NCBI GenBank assembly: GCA_964036045.1
Contig: OZ038378.1
Coordinates: 140,926,001-140,990,000 of the forward strand
From: Eutreptiella sp. 'Long Island Sound 2002'
Taxonomy: Eukaryota > Protista > Euglenida
DNA length: 64,000 bases
Direction of reading: 5' to 3'
The notes under the pieces are model-generated. The model had not been told where the DNA came from and searched no databases. It was given only the letters and a program-made list of their open reading frames with translations. Below are positions 53,147-64,000 of this stretch, piece after piece; the first letter of the stretch is position 1; each line of letters begins with the position of its first letter. Both the position numbers and the translations under genes were made by a program.

Positions 53147-56100
53147 CACACATCATTCTCTGCGGAGCCTAGCACCTGCTAGGCCCGGAAGCCACCTTAC
53201 ACATGGCCGATTGCAGCAGGACTAGCCTCACGGGACTGACCGAGGGCAACCACAACGCCCTACTATTACAAGTCCAGCTCTAGGACCACACGAAGATGTC
53301 ACTGCCAAGAAAATGGCCGGAGGCGGCCCCACTCCCGACGGAGCTGGTGATCAACCTTGCAACGTCCACAAAGCCGTACAACTCGTCGCAAATGATCCAC
53401 GAGCTTAGCTTGACACACGAAAGAGAGAACGCCAAATCAGACCCGCGCAGTGGGTGGACTAGTGGCGAAATCCCGCAAAAGGGAATGCCGTCAACAACCT
53501 CGGGTGCGCATCTGGTATGATGCGAGGGGCCGAGGGCAGGGGCCCCCAACGCCGGCCTAAACGACCACGCTCGCAAATCTGCGCCTGGCCCCAGGTGCGG
53601 AGAGCACTATTTGCCACGTTTCCCCGGCAGCGGGGCGCCACATAGCCCACCAAGTGTCCTCTCTACGAGGACCTATTGTATATGAGCAGTGCCATGCTCG
53701 AGCACCCTCTGTGGCACCCGCTACACACCTCCGCTACGGAGGACGGCCGAGAGGCCACCACTCATGCTCAAGAGAAAGGGGCGCGCAACCTTGGGACACG
53801 CCAAGCCTATGTGAAGCGCGTAGCAGCGCAGCCGGCGCCGAGCGCCGCGGTGGGCGGGGCAGGGCGGGGGGCGGCCACCACCCCCTCCTCGGCGACGGGC
53901 TGCGGGCAACGGAGATGCTGTCAACGCCGGCCGCGGCGGTGGCGGCGAGGATGCAAGCCGTGGCGGCCGCCGAGGGGGCGGCTCGATGACGGCGGGCCTC
54001 GCGCAGGTTTGGGCCCTGTTGCGGGCGGGGTCACAAGACCTGCTGGCGCCGGCGCTCCTGCAAGCATTGCAGCGGCCGCCAACGCTGATGGAACGGAGCT
54101 AACCACCCGGGACGATTGACTACCAGAAGAGGCAACAGGCGACGCCCTCTCCTGCTTACTGATGCTGCGTAAGGTTGTTGAGTTTTGGTGAAACGAGGTG
54201 ATTTTTGAGGAAATCAAGGCAACCATAACGAGATCTACAACTAGTGGTAGCCGGTTAGGTGGTGGGAGACCGTCGAATTCCTGCAAGTTGTGAGTGTTTT
54301 CGGGTTATTGTGGGTAATGATATGACCCCGTGGGCCCACCTTGTGGCAACAACGTGGATTGGCGGCCTGTACCGACAAGGAGCCTTTCATGCTCGGGAAT
54401 GTTGCCCCTGCAGGGAGGGTTCACCATCATGCCCAAGAGACAACAATCACCACATGCACACAAAAGATGCATGTACCTGCTAATCTATGAGGGAAGAGGT
54501 ACATTCCATTCTTCATGAGCAAAGTTGCCGCAGTAGTAGGTTCAAACACACAAGGGGTTGGCCTCCTGAAGGCGGTCGATACCGGATACCTGGCTTAGCA
54601 TGACATCCTCGGCTTTACCGGGATCGTGTTTGGCAAGGCTGCGGCCGTAAAGCTTCCCCTCCACCCCTCCAAGCAAAGGGTGGATATGTTCTTCGGCAAC
54701 GAGCCCCTCCTCCCCTGGTCCCTATGGGAGAGTATTTGGGCCAGTGGCATGGCCCACCCCTAGGTGCGACGGCCGTACCACCTCCACGTTCGATTGGTCC
54801 TGCTTGGGCTTGTGGGCGGCAATGAAGCCCCGGCAATGACCACCCCCAATAGCCACACGGATGGCCGCTTGCTCCAGTTCGACACTGGAGATGAAGCCGT
54901 GCAATGCTGCCTGGGCCGCAGTCACGACTCCATAGGAGGACTCCTCCGTGGTCACTTGGCTAGGCCCCGCCGAACAACGGGCCCGTGAGTCCATGTTGGG
55001 GCCGAAAGGCACACGGTGGACCGCACGCACCGAAGAGCGCCCGCCTGAGCGGGAAGGCGTCCCGACGGAGGGGGATACAGCCGAGGACGTGCCGGAAGAG
55101 TGTGCGCTGGAGGATACGGGCGAAACTGGCGAAGAGCCGAAGGCAGCATGGTCAATGGCAGCGAGTCACAGCCCGGGAGAGTCAGTGGAACTACAGGGGG
55201 ATGAACTGGATGGGAAAGCCCACATTGGGGCGGCTCTTGCCCGAGTCTTGGCCCGTGGCGCGCCGGCAGCCGCTGGTGCGGGAGAGGCAGAGCAGGGCGC
55301 GGAAAGCTCGCGACGGGCGGCGAATGTGGTGCCCATGGACAACAACGAGGTCAGGTGTACGAGGGGCCAAGGGGCGCCCAGTGTGCGGCCAGAAGCAGCG
55401 GAGGTGGCGGAGAGAGCGCGGCCCAAGGTAAGTCGGACGGACACCCGCCGGTCCTGGGCTTGGGGATGGTGCATGAGGGTAGATGCGTGCCGGTTCGCCG
55501 ATCCCCAAGCCCCAGTGCCGTGAGGGGTCCACAAGGAATTGCTACCGGTCCTGGAAACAACAGCCCCACCATCCTCCTCAGCCGCTCGGCCCGCCAAGAA
55601 GAGCTGCTGCCCCATGCGGTGGAAGCAAAGGACTGCCGGCGGTGGGGTATGACGTTGCCCACACAGGCAAGGTTGTGCGTGCAGCGGCATTGCCCTCCTC
55701 ACCCCATTCTTGGTGGTCCCTTGGGGGGATACGATGTCCCTCCGGGGTGGGTGTGCACGTGGCAGACCCATTCAACAAGCATGGACGCGCAGCAGTGGCA
55801 AGCCCGGGCGGTAGTCTCCTACGTGTCCTGGGTGTTGCCCAAGGCGGGGGTATCCTGGGGGTAATGGTGGGACACGGCGCTGGGCTAAGCCCGGGATGGG
55901 GGACATGTGGCGACCCGCTCAGACCTGCCCCATCAGCCCATGGCGGTCCAACTGTGGACCCTGTTTTTGCATCTACCCAAACTGGCAGCCAATGTGGCGG
56001 CAATTGACCCTCTTCTACCCCTTGAGATCGCGAAGGAAGTCGGGTTTTCGGGCAAAAAGGCCCTCCTGTCTTTATGGGCACTAGCTTGTTGTGGCAGCCG

Positions 56101-59100
56101 ATTGGAACTGTATGCCATTGCATCGGTCCCCTAAGCTTGTGTCTCGACCCGATGTTTGTTGCTTGTATTGTCACATTTTGGCTGTTTCCAAACGGTTGTG
56201 TTCCTTTGCGTAGGAGCGATGCGTCAAGAAGAGGAGGCATAATTTGTTTACTCAATGAACATGTTGCACAGCATGCTGCGAATGTAGAACAAATTGTTCG
56301 TCGTAGTGCGCAGATGAGTGCCAAGAATAACTTGAATCACATCTTCGTGGGTACTAGCCACTTTACCTTCATATGAATGGTGGTTGTGCTTGCCTAGAAT
56401 TGCTTCTCCCTCCACAAACTCATGGCGGTCCCACTTGTGCACCCATGTAGAACACCCTTCGGCATCAGACATGAATTTTAGATCCCGCGTGGAGGTAAGC
56501 TCACGTGCTCTTTCCGCACTTGCAATTATCTCCGTCTACTTTCTCTTAAGTTACCTAACGACATAGCCAGTTTATTCTATCTATGATCTCCGTCCTTTAA
56601 TGCATGGACGTGTAATGTGCGGCCAATGGGAATCTTTTTTTTGCAACTTGTACTCCCGCCGGTAGACATGGCAACAATTAGAACGTAAGACCGCAAGGCA
56701 TAGCCCTATATTTCGAAGTCCAAATGTTTTCAGCACAATGCAAAGCAAAGCAGCTCCTGCAAGAGAAATGGGCATATACACGTGTGGCAGGCAATGAATG
56801 CCAACTTTTTTTTTTGCAACTTGCACTCCCACCAGTATAGCACAAGAAGTATGAGAAGCGAAGAAAACAATAGTACAACAGTATTTCAAGGACCAAACAT
56901 CGTGTGTACAAAGTAGAAGCAAGAAGCTGCACATATTGCACACTCCATCAAGGTTTTTATGCATCATGTGACCATGCCTTTGCCACCGCAATCGACGCTA
57001 AGACCTCACGTTCACACGCTTACGTTTCGCCTCACCAATGGATTGTTTCGGTTCTACAAGAATTACCGTGTCCAACTAGTTCGTTGCACATCTTCTTTAC
57101 CGGCCAGCAAAATGAAGCAAAATATGTAAAAGCCCAAGAATTTCAGGGCGCCGTATCTACCGACCTATGCCTTGAACCTTTGCAAGCAGCATCAGTAAAA
57201 AAAAAAAGGAGAAACAATAGACACCATTTGAGCCAAGATCTTACGTCAACAATCAACAACACCACAAGCAATTGTTGAGGCGGACCGTAGGTTCCAACGG
57301 GCCATTGGGCTGCAGGACAAAAGATGGCGTCAAGTTAAAGATGGGGAGGTGGTGCCAAAATAACACATGCTAGATGCTTATCCGCGTAGTTTGTGTTTGG
57401 TAGAACTTTGTAAGGCGAAAAGGAAAAGCAACGGCGGATCCATGAACGAAAGGGCTTAGCATGGAATGACCTCCGAGGCTATTCAACAATGAAATCCGGC
57501 GAGCGGCAATTGCTCCCTACATGGATTGTAGCAGACTCCATGACGTGGTTACGAAAGCTCTTCGCGGCCACGCCGTTAAGTGCAACTGGGGGGTATGTGA
57601 TGAGTTGCAAGGAGGAGCGGTGTTGTGCTTGCACGCAGAGGTGGGAAACATGCCCCCAGCGTTCCTGCGTTCGACGCTAAATGCATTTGCCCGCAATACT
57701 TGGGGTGGAATGGGGGCGTTGAGGGCCAAAGCGAGTGATGGTCGGGACTGCGTGGTGTCGGTGGGGGATATGGTGTGCAATCTGCTTGAGGCGGCATCAC
57801 GTCATGAAAATTGTGTGGTATGTAAAACCAGCATAAAACCCAACCACAATGGGCCCAAAGGCCAAATGTGGGATGCGAGGATAGCATTTGACATCTAAAA
57901 CCAAAGGATGCCGGCTGCGACCATAGAGCCCATAGATGACAGCGAGAAGCCAAGGTGCCCGAGCAGCTGAAACGCTTGTTGGTGGACCATGGACTTGCGC
58001 TTCGTAATCCGTAGATGAACAACCTGGAGCAGCACAGCTCTATGATCGGAAAGCTGTACCTGGCGGCAACGGAAGGATGGTCCAGTAGTGACATAAAGAG
58101 AGAAAAGGGGAGAGGGGGGCGGGATGTACGTGTGTGTAAGATAGCAATTTAGATCAAGAGTGACATATAGAGAGATACAGGATGAGGGAGAAAGGGACCG
58201 AGAAAGAGAGGTACACACACAGGCACAGAAAGGGAGAACGAGAGAGGGAGAGCAAAATAGGAGGAAGAAGAGAGTAAGGACCTAGCCTGGCGGGCCCCCG
58301 GGGAAATGCGATAAGGGCAAAGAGGGGGGCGGGGAGGGGGCGGGCGACAGGTTCGACAGCACCACCAACAACCATTTCGCCCACTGCACCGCAGGAACAC
58401 CCTCGGTAGCACCCACCCCCACCCCAACTGCGACCCTAACCCTAACCCCCCGCAGTTGTGGCTTGGGCGGCAGCTCTAGCGCTGCGAGACCCAGCTCAAG
58501 CACGCGTCACAGGGACCATGCTCGCCGTCCTTTGCGTATTCGCGGCCTGGTTTGCTGCAACACACTGAATCTCAGAAGACGGACCCGGCTGCCCATAGCC
58601 TGAGTGGCTCTCTGCCGATCTTCCCGCCCACGGGAATCAACCGAAAGCCAAGCCCCACAGGTAGCACTAGCCAATTCTCGCCAAGGCCGCACGTGGTTAT
58701 GATGCAAAATTATTGGTGGGATGAGCGTGGAACAAATTGCTTGGTGGCGAAAGGGATGGGTTGCAAGGTGATGCACTTCAAAGATGTCATTGTAAGAGTG
58801 GAACTACACAAACGATGGAACTTCCCCGTGTAGTGTCTTTATTCTCTTATATGCGCCGTGGTGGCGAGCAACTTTGTCGTTGTCGGCGGCGGCGAGCATT
58901 CATGATGCCCAAAGAACAAAGCTTCCACACCTTGCCACACACTTGTATGCTAACTAGTGCCACACCATGTGGTCCAAGATGATGGCTTTTATGCTCTTCA
59001 CACTCGTAGGACACCTACGAGGCATGTGGTAGGTCCACTACGACCACAACGAAATGCTCCGCGTGTTGCACCACCGTACAGCTTGGCACGGGGAGGTGGA

Positions 59101-59649
59101 TGTCTAATTGCAACAAAATAACCTACTCCGTGCACTGTTGGCCCAGGACAGCCAGATCCTGCAAGATTATGTGTTCTCACAATCTGTGACGCGCTCCCCG
59201 TGCACCGTCCATGGAGAAATGTGGTGTATGTTGTCCAGCCGTTGAGCGGTGCTGCGATGTATCTGGAATTCACGAAAAAATTACACTGCCGCCTCCATGT
59301 GCACCACAGCGGTGGATGTGCACGCACGAGTGGCGCATCGGATTGGCATTATGTGTTCGTCATCACGGTTATCGCACTAGGACAGACTGGGCTGCGCAAG
59401 ACAAAGAAAGTCGAGGGGCGGCATGACCGGGACTATATGGGGTTTATGGTGGGCCACCTCATTGATGTGGTGCGGGTGCAAACGGGTTGGAATCTATACA
59501 TGGAGCTCTTCAACGTGGCACCATGTGCCTCGTGCTGTCTACAGTGGGGATACCAGCTGCACACTGCCCTTTCGTGAGTTGGTTGTGCCCTCAGCCGTGG
59601 CAGCTTCTTACTTGAGGTTCAACTAGTTGGTTGCGAGCTTGGTTAGTGA

Positions 59650-60850
59650 TCTTGCCTGCATCGCCATCATTTCATGCTTTTGCGCTTTGCAATGGGCACA
59701 GGGATGGGTGGTTGCTTAGTGCTTCTTCTTTGTGATTGGGTGCATTGCACCTACTGGTTTGGGCGGCGCATAGCACTTCTCAAGCCCCAGCTTTTCCTCT
59801 TACAGGCGGTATAGCGTTAGCTACCTGGCCGGGTTTTTGTTTGTGCCAAAGGGTGCATTGCACTTGGGGCTTGGGGTGCAAGCCGGGATTAGGGTGATGC
59901 ATGGGGTTTCGGGTTCGTACGGACTGTTTCCAAAGTGCCTCTTTGTAACCACCATAGTGCCAGCCAACGCTTCGCCCATCGCCCTTTGTGAGCGACCTGT
60001 ATGACGCTTTTGTGCCTTAGCCTGCGTTGAGAAACCCGCGGGTTGCTACAGAGGGGTGTGTTGATTTGGAGATTTATACAGCAAGTGAACTCTTTGCCTT
60101 GCCCCTAAGGGTTGTCCTTTGCATACAACTTTGCACTTTTGGCCTTGTTGCCTCTGTCTCTATAGTTTCATGCTTTTCCACTTGCAGCCAATATGACGTG
60201 AGCTAGCAGGCGTGCTTTTTCTTTGTGCCAATGGGTGCATTGCGCCTGCCGGTTGGGATTAAGGCGAGGATTAAGGTGATGTGTTGTGGTTGGGTTTAGG
60301 TGGGTTTGTTTCTAAAAGGCCCCAAACCACTATGGCGACAACCTTTCGCCCATCGCCCCTTGCAGGCGGGTTGCGTGATGGTTTTCTGCTTAAGTTTGCT
60401 CCCGGAAAACCGAGGGTATGATGACTCCTTGTGTGTTGACTTGTCACTATATCTTCATACCGTCAGCCAACGAAGGCCTTCCCCATGAGGGTTATCACTT
60501 ACATACAATTTTCCATTTTTGGCCCCATTCCTTGTTATCCTCTATTTTGATGCTTTTTTACTTGCAGCCGGTATAATGTTAGCTCAGGGGCCGCATTTTT
60601 TTTGGGTAATTGGGGCATTGCACCTACGCATACGAGGCAAATTGAGGGTGAGGCGTTGGTAATACGACCAGTTAGGCACATTGTCATTCGTATACAGACC
60701 ATGTACTACTTGTCAATCCGTAACGCGTCCCCTAAACACTCATTTGTATCCTTAGCATTGCCAACACTTTGCCCATCGCCCCTCCCAGGAGTCTTGTGCA
60801 TTTCGGTCTGTTGTGAAAGCCCTTGGAGTTGAGGACTATTTATCTGTTAA
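59650..60850. repeat. Diverged ~380-bp tandem repeat, about 3 copies
   Basis: GGGTGCATTGC-like anchors at ~59851, 60233 and 60612; GCCCATCGCCC at ~59974, 60348 and 60771. Confidence 0.6.
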
Positions 60851-62789
60851 CGTTGAACTGGATATTTTGGTGAACCCTTGGATATTTGTACCCTCTGCAA
60901 CGACAACTTGATGACCAATGCCCCTTGTTTTTGCGTTGGTTTATCGATTCGGGTGGTGTTACATGTGGCTAGTTGGTTGGTGGTATGCTCGTGCGTTTTT
61001 GCATTGCACAAGAGGCTCTGATGTGGGCTAGATGTGTGGAATGACTAGTTGGCTTGTGCTCTTTTTGGTATTTGCATTGTGTAGGGGTGGACTTGGGGTC
61101 AGGCCTTGGAGGAGGTCAACACCCTAAATGATATGCCAAAGGTGCGATGACAGCGGTGGATGTTCTTTTCACCAAAAGAGCGTAACCTGCCTCTTGGCGG
61201 TGGTCGGTGCCCTAAATAGTGCCACCGGCCTTCATAGGCATTCTCCATCACATTCGTAGAAATGTGGACCGTTTTGTGGTTTCGGTGGTAATGACCATGC
61301 TCATGAGTATCCCTCAATGCGAGGTAGGGCGTCACATGGTGTCCTCGAGTGTCCCGGTGTTCTAGTTCTCATACAATGCGTGTCGTTTGTTTGCGTCTTT
61401 CCCTTTGCCTAAGGTGTGGTCCTATTTGGATAAATTTGGTCCCCTTTGGCAACCTTTGGTAACAATGGGTACATTCGTTGATGTGACGACATCGCCCGAC
61501 ATCTCGGGACAGGAGGTTGCGGTTGCGGGTTGTGGGCATGGTGCTGGGTCATTGTGGCGTTAGAGGCGCACTCCTCCTTGTTGCGTTTGTATGACTGCGG
61601 AGGGGTGCAGGATCTCACGCTACGTGTGTCTGCCCTGTAGGCCTTGCACCTGGGTTCCCTGGGTGGCGACGACGGCACAACACTGTTCCGCCGGGTGACG
61701 ATAGTGGGTGTTGCATCGCCTCGGTACAGCAAGGGCTACGGCGGGGACGCCCTCCGCCTGGTCATGGTTGAGGGCATGGCGCTCTGGCTCCGGGCGTTCA
61801 CGGGCTCACGCCGGACGGTCCCGGGAGACTGGGAGAAGTTCGCCGACGCGTGGCGTCGGTGGATAGAGGTGAAGTTTCCTGCGGAGGGGATGATGCACCT
61901 GCTGCCACCACCCAGTGTGCCGCCGGTCTGCCTCGATGTCCCTGTGGTCGCAGTGGTGAACGTAGTCCCGAAAATGGCGACGAAGCCTGCCCCGAAAAAA
62001 GGCCTCAACGTATTGTTCAATAGTTCCCCTAACATCCGTGCGGTTCTAACGCACTTCGGGGGGGGGGGGCTTGGCCATAGCGCAACGCGGGGTGGGAGAC
62101 GTGAACGTCCGCCCCTGGTGCAGGCTTTAGGGGCCAGGCCAGCGTCCATGCCGGGCGGGCGGCCACCTGAGGCCCAGCCGCCCTAACCTCAGGGATGTCA
62201 TTGACAACTTGGCCGAGGACCATGGGTCGGTCCCGGCCCAGCGCAACTAGGCAGAGGCCATGGTCATGGCTACCATTTCCCGCAGGTGTGCAGGGCTCTT
62301 CGCGACTGCCAAAGCCAGGCCGGTGAGGCGCGCACAACCTTCGAGGGTACAACCGTTGGGGCCGGAGGCGGCCTCTTCGTCATCCGTGTGGTGATGGTCA
62401 ATAGCAATGTCCTCGGTAAAAGGAAAAGGCGCGGGGGCCTCGAGATGGCGTTCCATTGTCAAGGATGTGCGGGTTTGGTCTGTGGAACAAGGTTCGGCCC
62501 GCCCTAATCCGGTGCAGGCGACTTCGGCGTCGAGCGGAGCGCGCCTGGCCGCGACTGGCGCCATGGCACATCGTCGCGTCATGGCACAGGCACTTCGTGT
62601 CCGCCACCAGATGCCGGCGATGTTGCCCCCCCCCTCCCCCCAACTGTTGGAAAGAATGCCGCCGATGATCGAGCAAGCGACGAAATCACGACACAAATTG
62701 TGAAGTTTGGTATACATCAACCAGGCTTGAAGCACCAAATGATTGAGGCAAGGGCGCAGCGCGCCTACAACGGCGGACAAATGCTATGT

Positions 62790-64000
62790 GCCGAGTATGC
62801 TGGAAAGCAGGTTTTGAAGCGCTTCCACGTGTGATGGACCCGAACGGTCTCCACGCCCGAGGCTCTATGCCGGGTGATGCGTGCCCACTGCGCGTGGCAT
62901 GCTTGATAGATGCAGCGGGCATACTACACGTAGAAAGTGGCATCCTTGGTCTCTTTCACGAGACGGGCTGCAAGACCCCCATGGCGTGGGGCACCGGCGG
63001 CATCGGCCGCTGCTGCGCGTGGTGGTCTCTTTATTGCCCTTCTATCAGACGGGTTCGCCGCGGAGGAAGTTGCCAGGGAGGAAGTTCGGGATGTGATGGA
63101 GATTGTTCCGGGCAAGGGCAAGGCCATCGCCCTCAACGTCGTTATCGGCGGTGGGACACCCACGATCGTCAATGTCCACGGCCCGGCGGGCGGCGACGAC
63201 TCATGGGCATCTAAGGCGTCTTCTTGGGCCGCCGTTGCCATGTATGAGGCGGCAAAGAGCGATGGGGACACCACGTCGGTGCTCATTTGGGGGGACTTCA
63301 AGGACTGGTTGGAGTCGGCGGGGCACCCCACCACGAAGAGGTTCACTGTGCTGTGGAAGCAGTGTAGGCTTGTGAGGGCTGGACACTCGGCGGAAGAAGA
63401 CCGACAACCCACACGTGAAGGCCACAAGATGGATTCCTATTTGCTCAACGCTCGGCTGGATCTGTGGGCCATGCGGGAAGGCCCGTACCTTGCGCCCGGG
63501 AGGCCTCCCACGGCGCTAAGGTCAGACCGTGGCCCGGTGGCTCTGGGTATCCCGCTAGCAGTGGCTGCCGAAGATAGCATTACGCGCTTGGCCTATTCGC
63601 ACGCCCAAGACAGGCTACACGCCAGACGTTCGGACTCGCCAGGGACCCAGGAGGTGGCAGCGGCCGTGGTGCAGCGGGACTGTGATGACCCGACACTCCA
63701 GAACTGGCTCTCTTCGGAGCGCGATGAGGCCTCAATGGACACACCGGCGGTGCAGTTTGTCTTCGACCTACTCTACGCCTTTCGGCGCAACCGGTGACAT
63801 CCATCAAGGACTACTGGCAGGGCATGGTCCCGAAGCTGCAGCTACGGTGGGCGGCGATCCGAGGGGGCATCAACGTCGTCAGGTATGCTCCCTGGGGCTT
63901 GTGGTTAGTGCGAGTCCCAAAGTTGGAAGAAGTACTCATGGAAGCCTCGAAAGTCATTGGGGAAGTCCAAAGGTAATGGGAGGCGTTGTATGCCAAGCGC
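62790..64000 (+). pseudogene. Degenerate LINE ORF2 start (APE endonuclease), continuing off the window
   Basis: DPNGLHARG...GILGLFHET; IVNVHGP; VLIWGDFK; PTREGHKMDSYLL; SDRGPV. These are decayed NxxGL, LQET, NVYAP, GDFN, IDY and SDH motifs, with frameshifts and a stop at 63797. Confidence 0.75.

Noticed and set aside
53921-54286. QEFDGLPPPNRLPLVVDLV...ITSF as an RT N-terminal (domain 0/1) remnant; other GC-rich ORF pieces at 52.2-56.1 kb and 61.6-62.2 kb
   Set aside because: Probably decayed LINE fragments, but the similarity is too weak to name by eye.
56150-59600. Short AT-richer ORFs as host genes or a recombinase
   Set aside because: No diagnostic motif, frequent stops and no consistent exon structure identifiable without tools.

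Overview
This is eukaryotic, repeat-saturated DNA with no recognisable host housekeeping gene, rRNA or tRNA. I cannot identify the organism from the sequence; a GC-rich protist such as a euglenozoan is only a guess. Bases 1-17.4 kb are a young nest of non-LTR retroelements, all on the minus strand and each abutting (GTGTG/GTGCG)n pentamer tracts. The centrepiece is an intact 9.5-kb LINE (here LINE-A, 5236-14716). Its ORF1 has a coiled coil, an RRM-like domain and an RS-rich tail. Its 1764-aa ORF2 has a ~200-aa unknown N-terminal domain, APE endonuclease, RT, RNase H, a CCHC finger and an unknown C-terminal domain. Two ~1.5-kb non-autonomous partners share its structured ~79-nt 5' leader and ~370-nt 3' tail ending in (CCT)n. 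They carry an internal array with a strict 30-bp register: a 15-nt hairpin plus a 15-nt spacer. A second family (LINE-B) uses the same target, and its 3' tail is repeatedly joined to a 47-bp hairpin satellite. Bases 17.4-64 kb are an older graveyard: Ty3/gypsy gag, protease and RT fragments, degenerate LINE endonucleases, a possible DNA transposon, several minisatellites, and a multi-copy decayed UPF1/DNA2-like SF1 helicase repeat (39.7-52.2 kb). Most ORFs in the supplied track are artefacts of stop-free repeats. Domain calls are by-eye motif recognition; no searches or folding programs were run.
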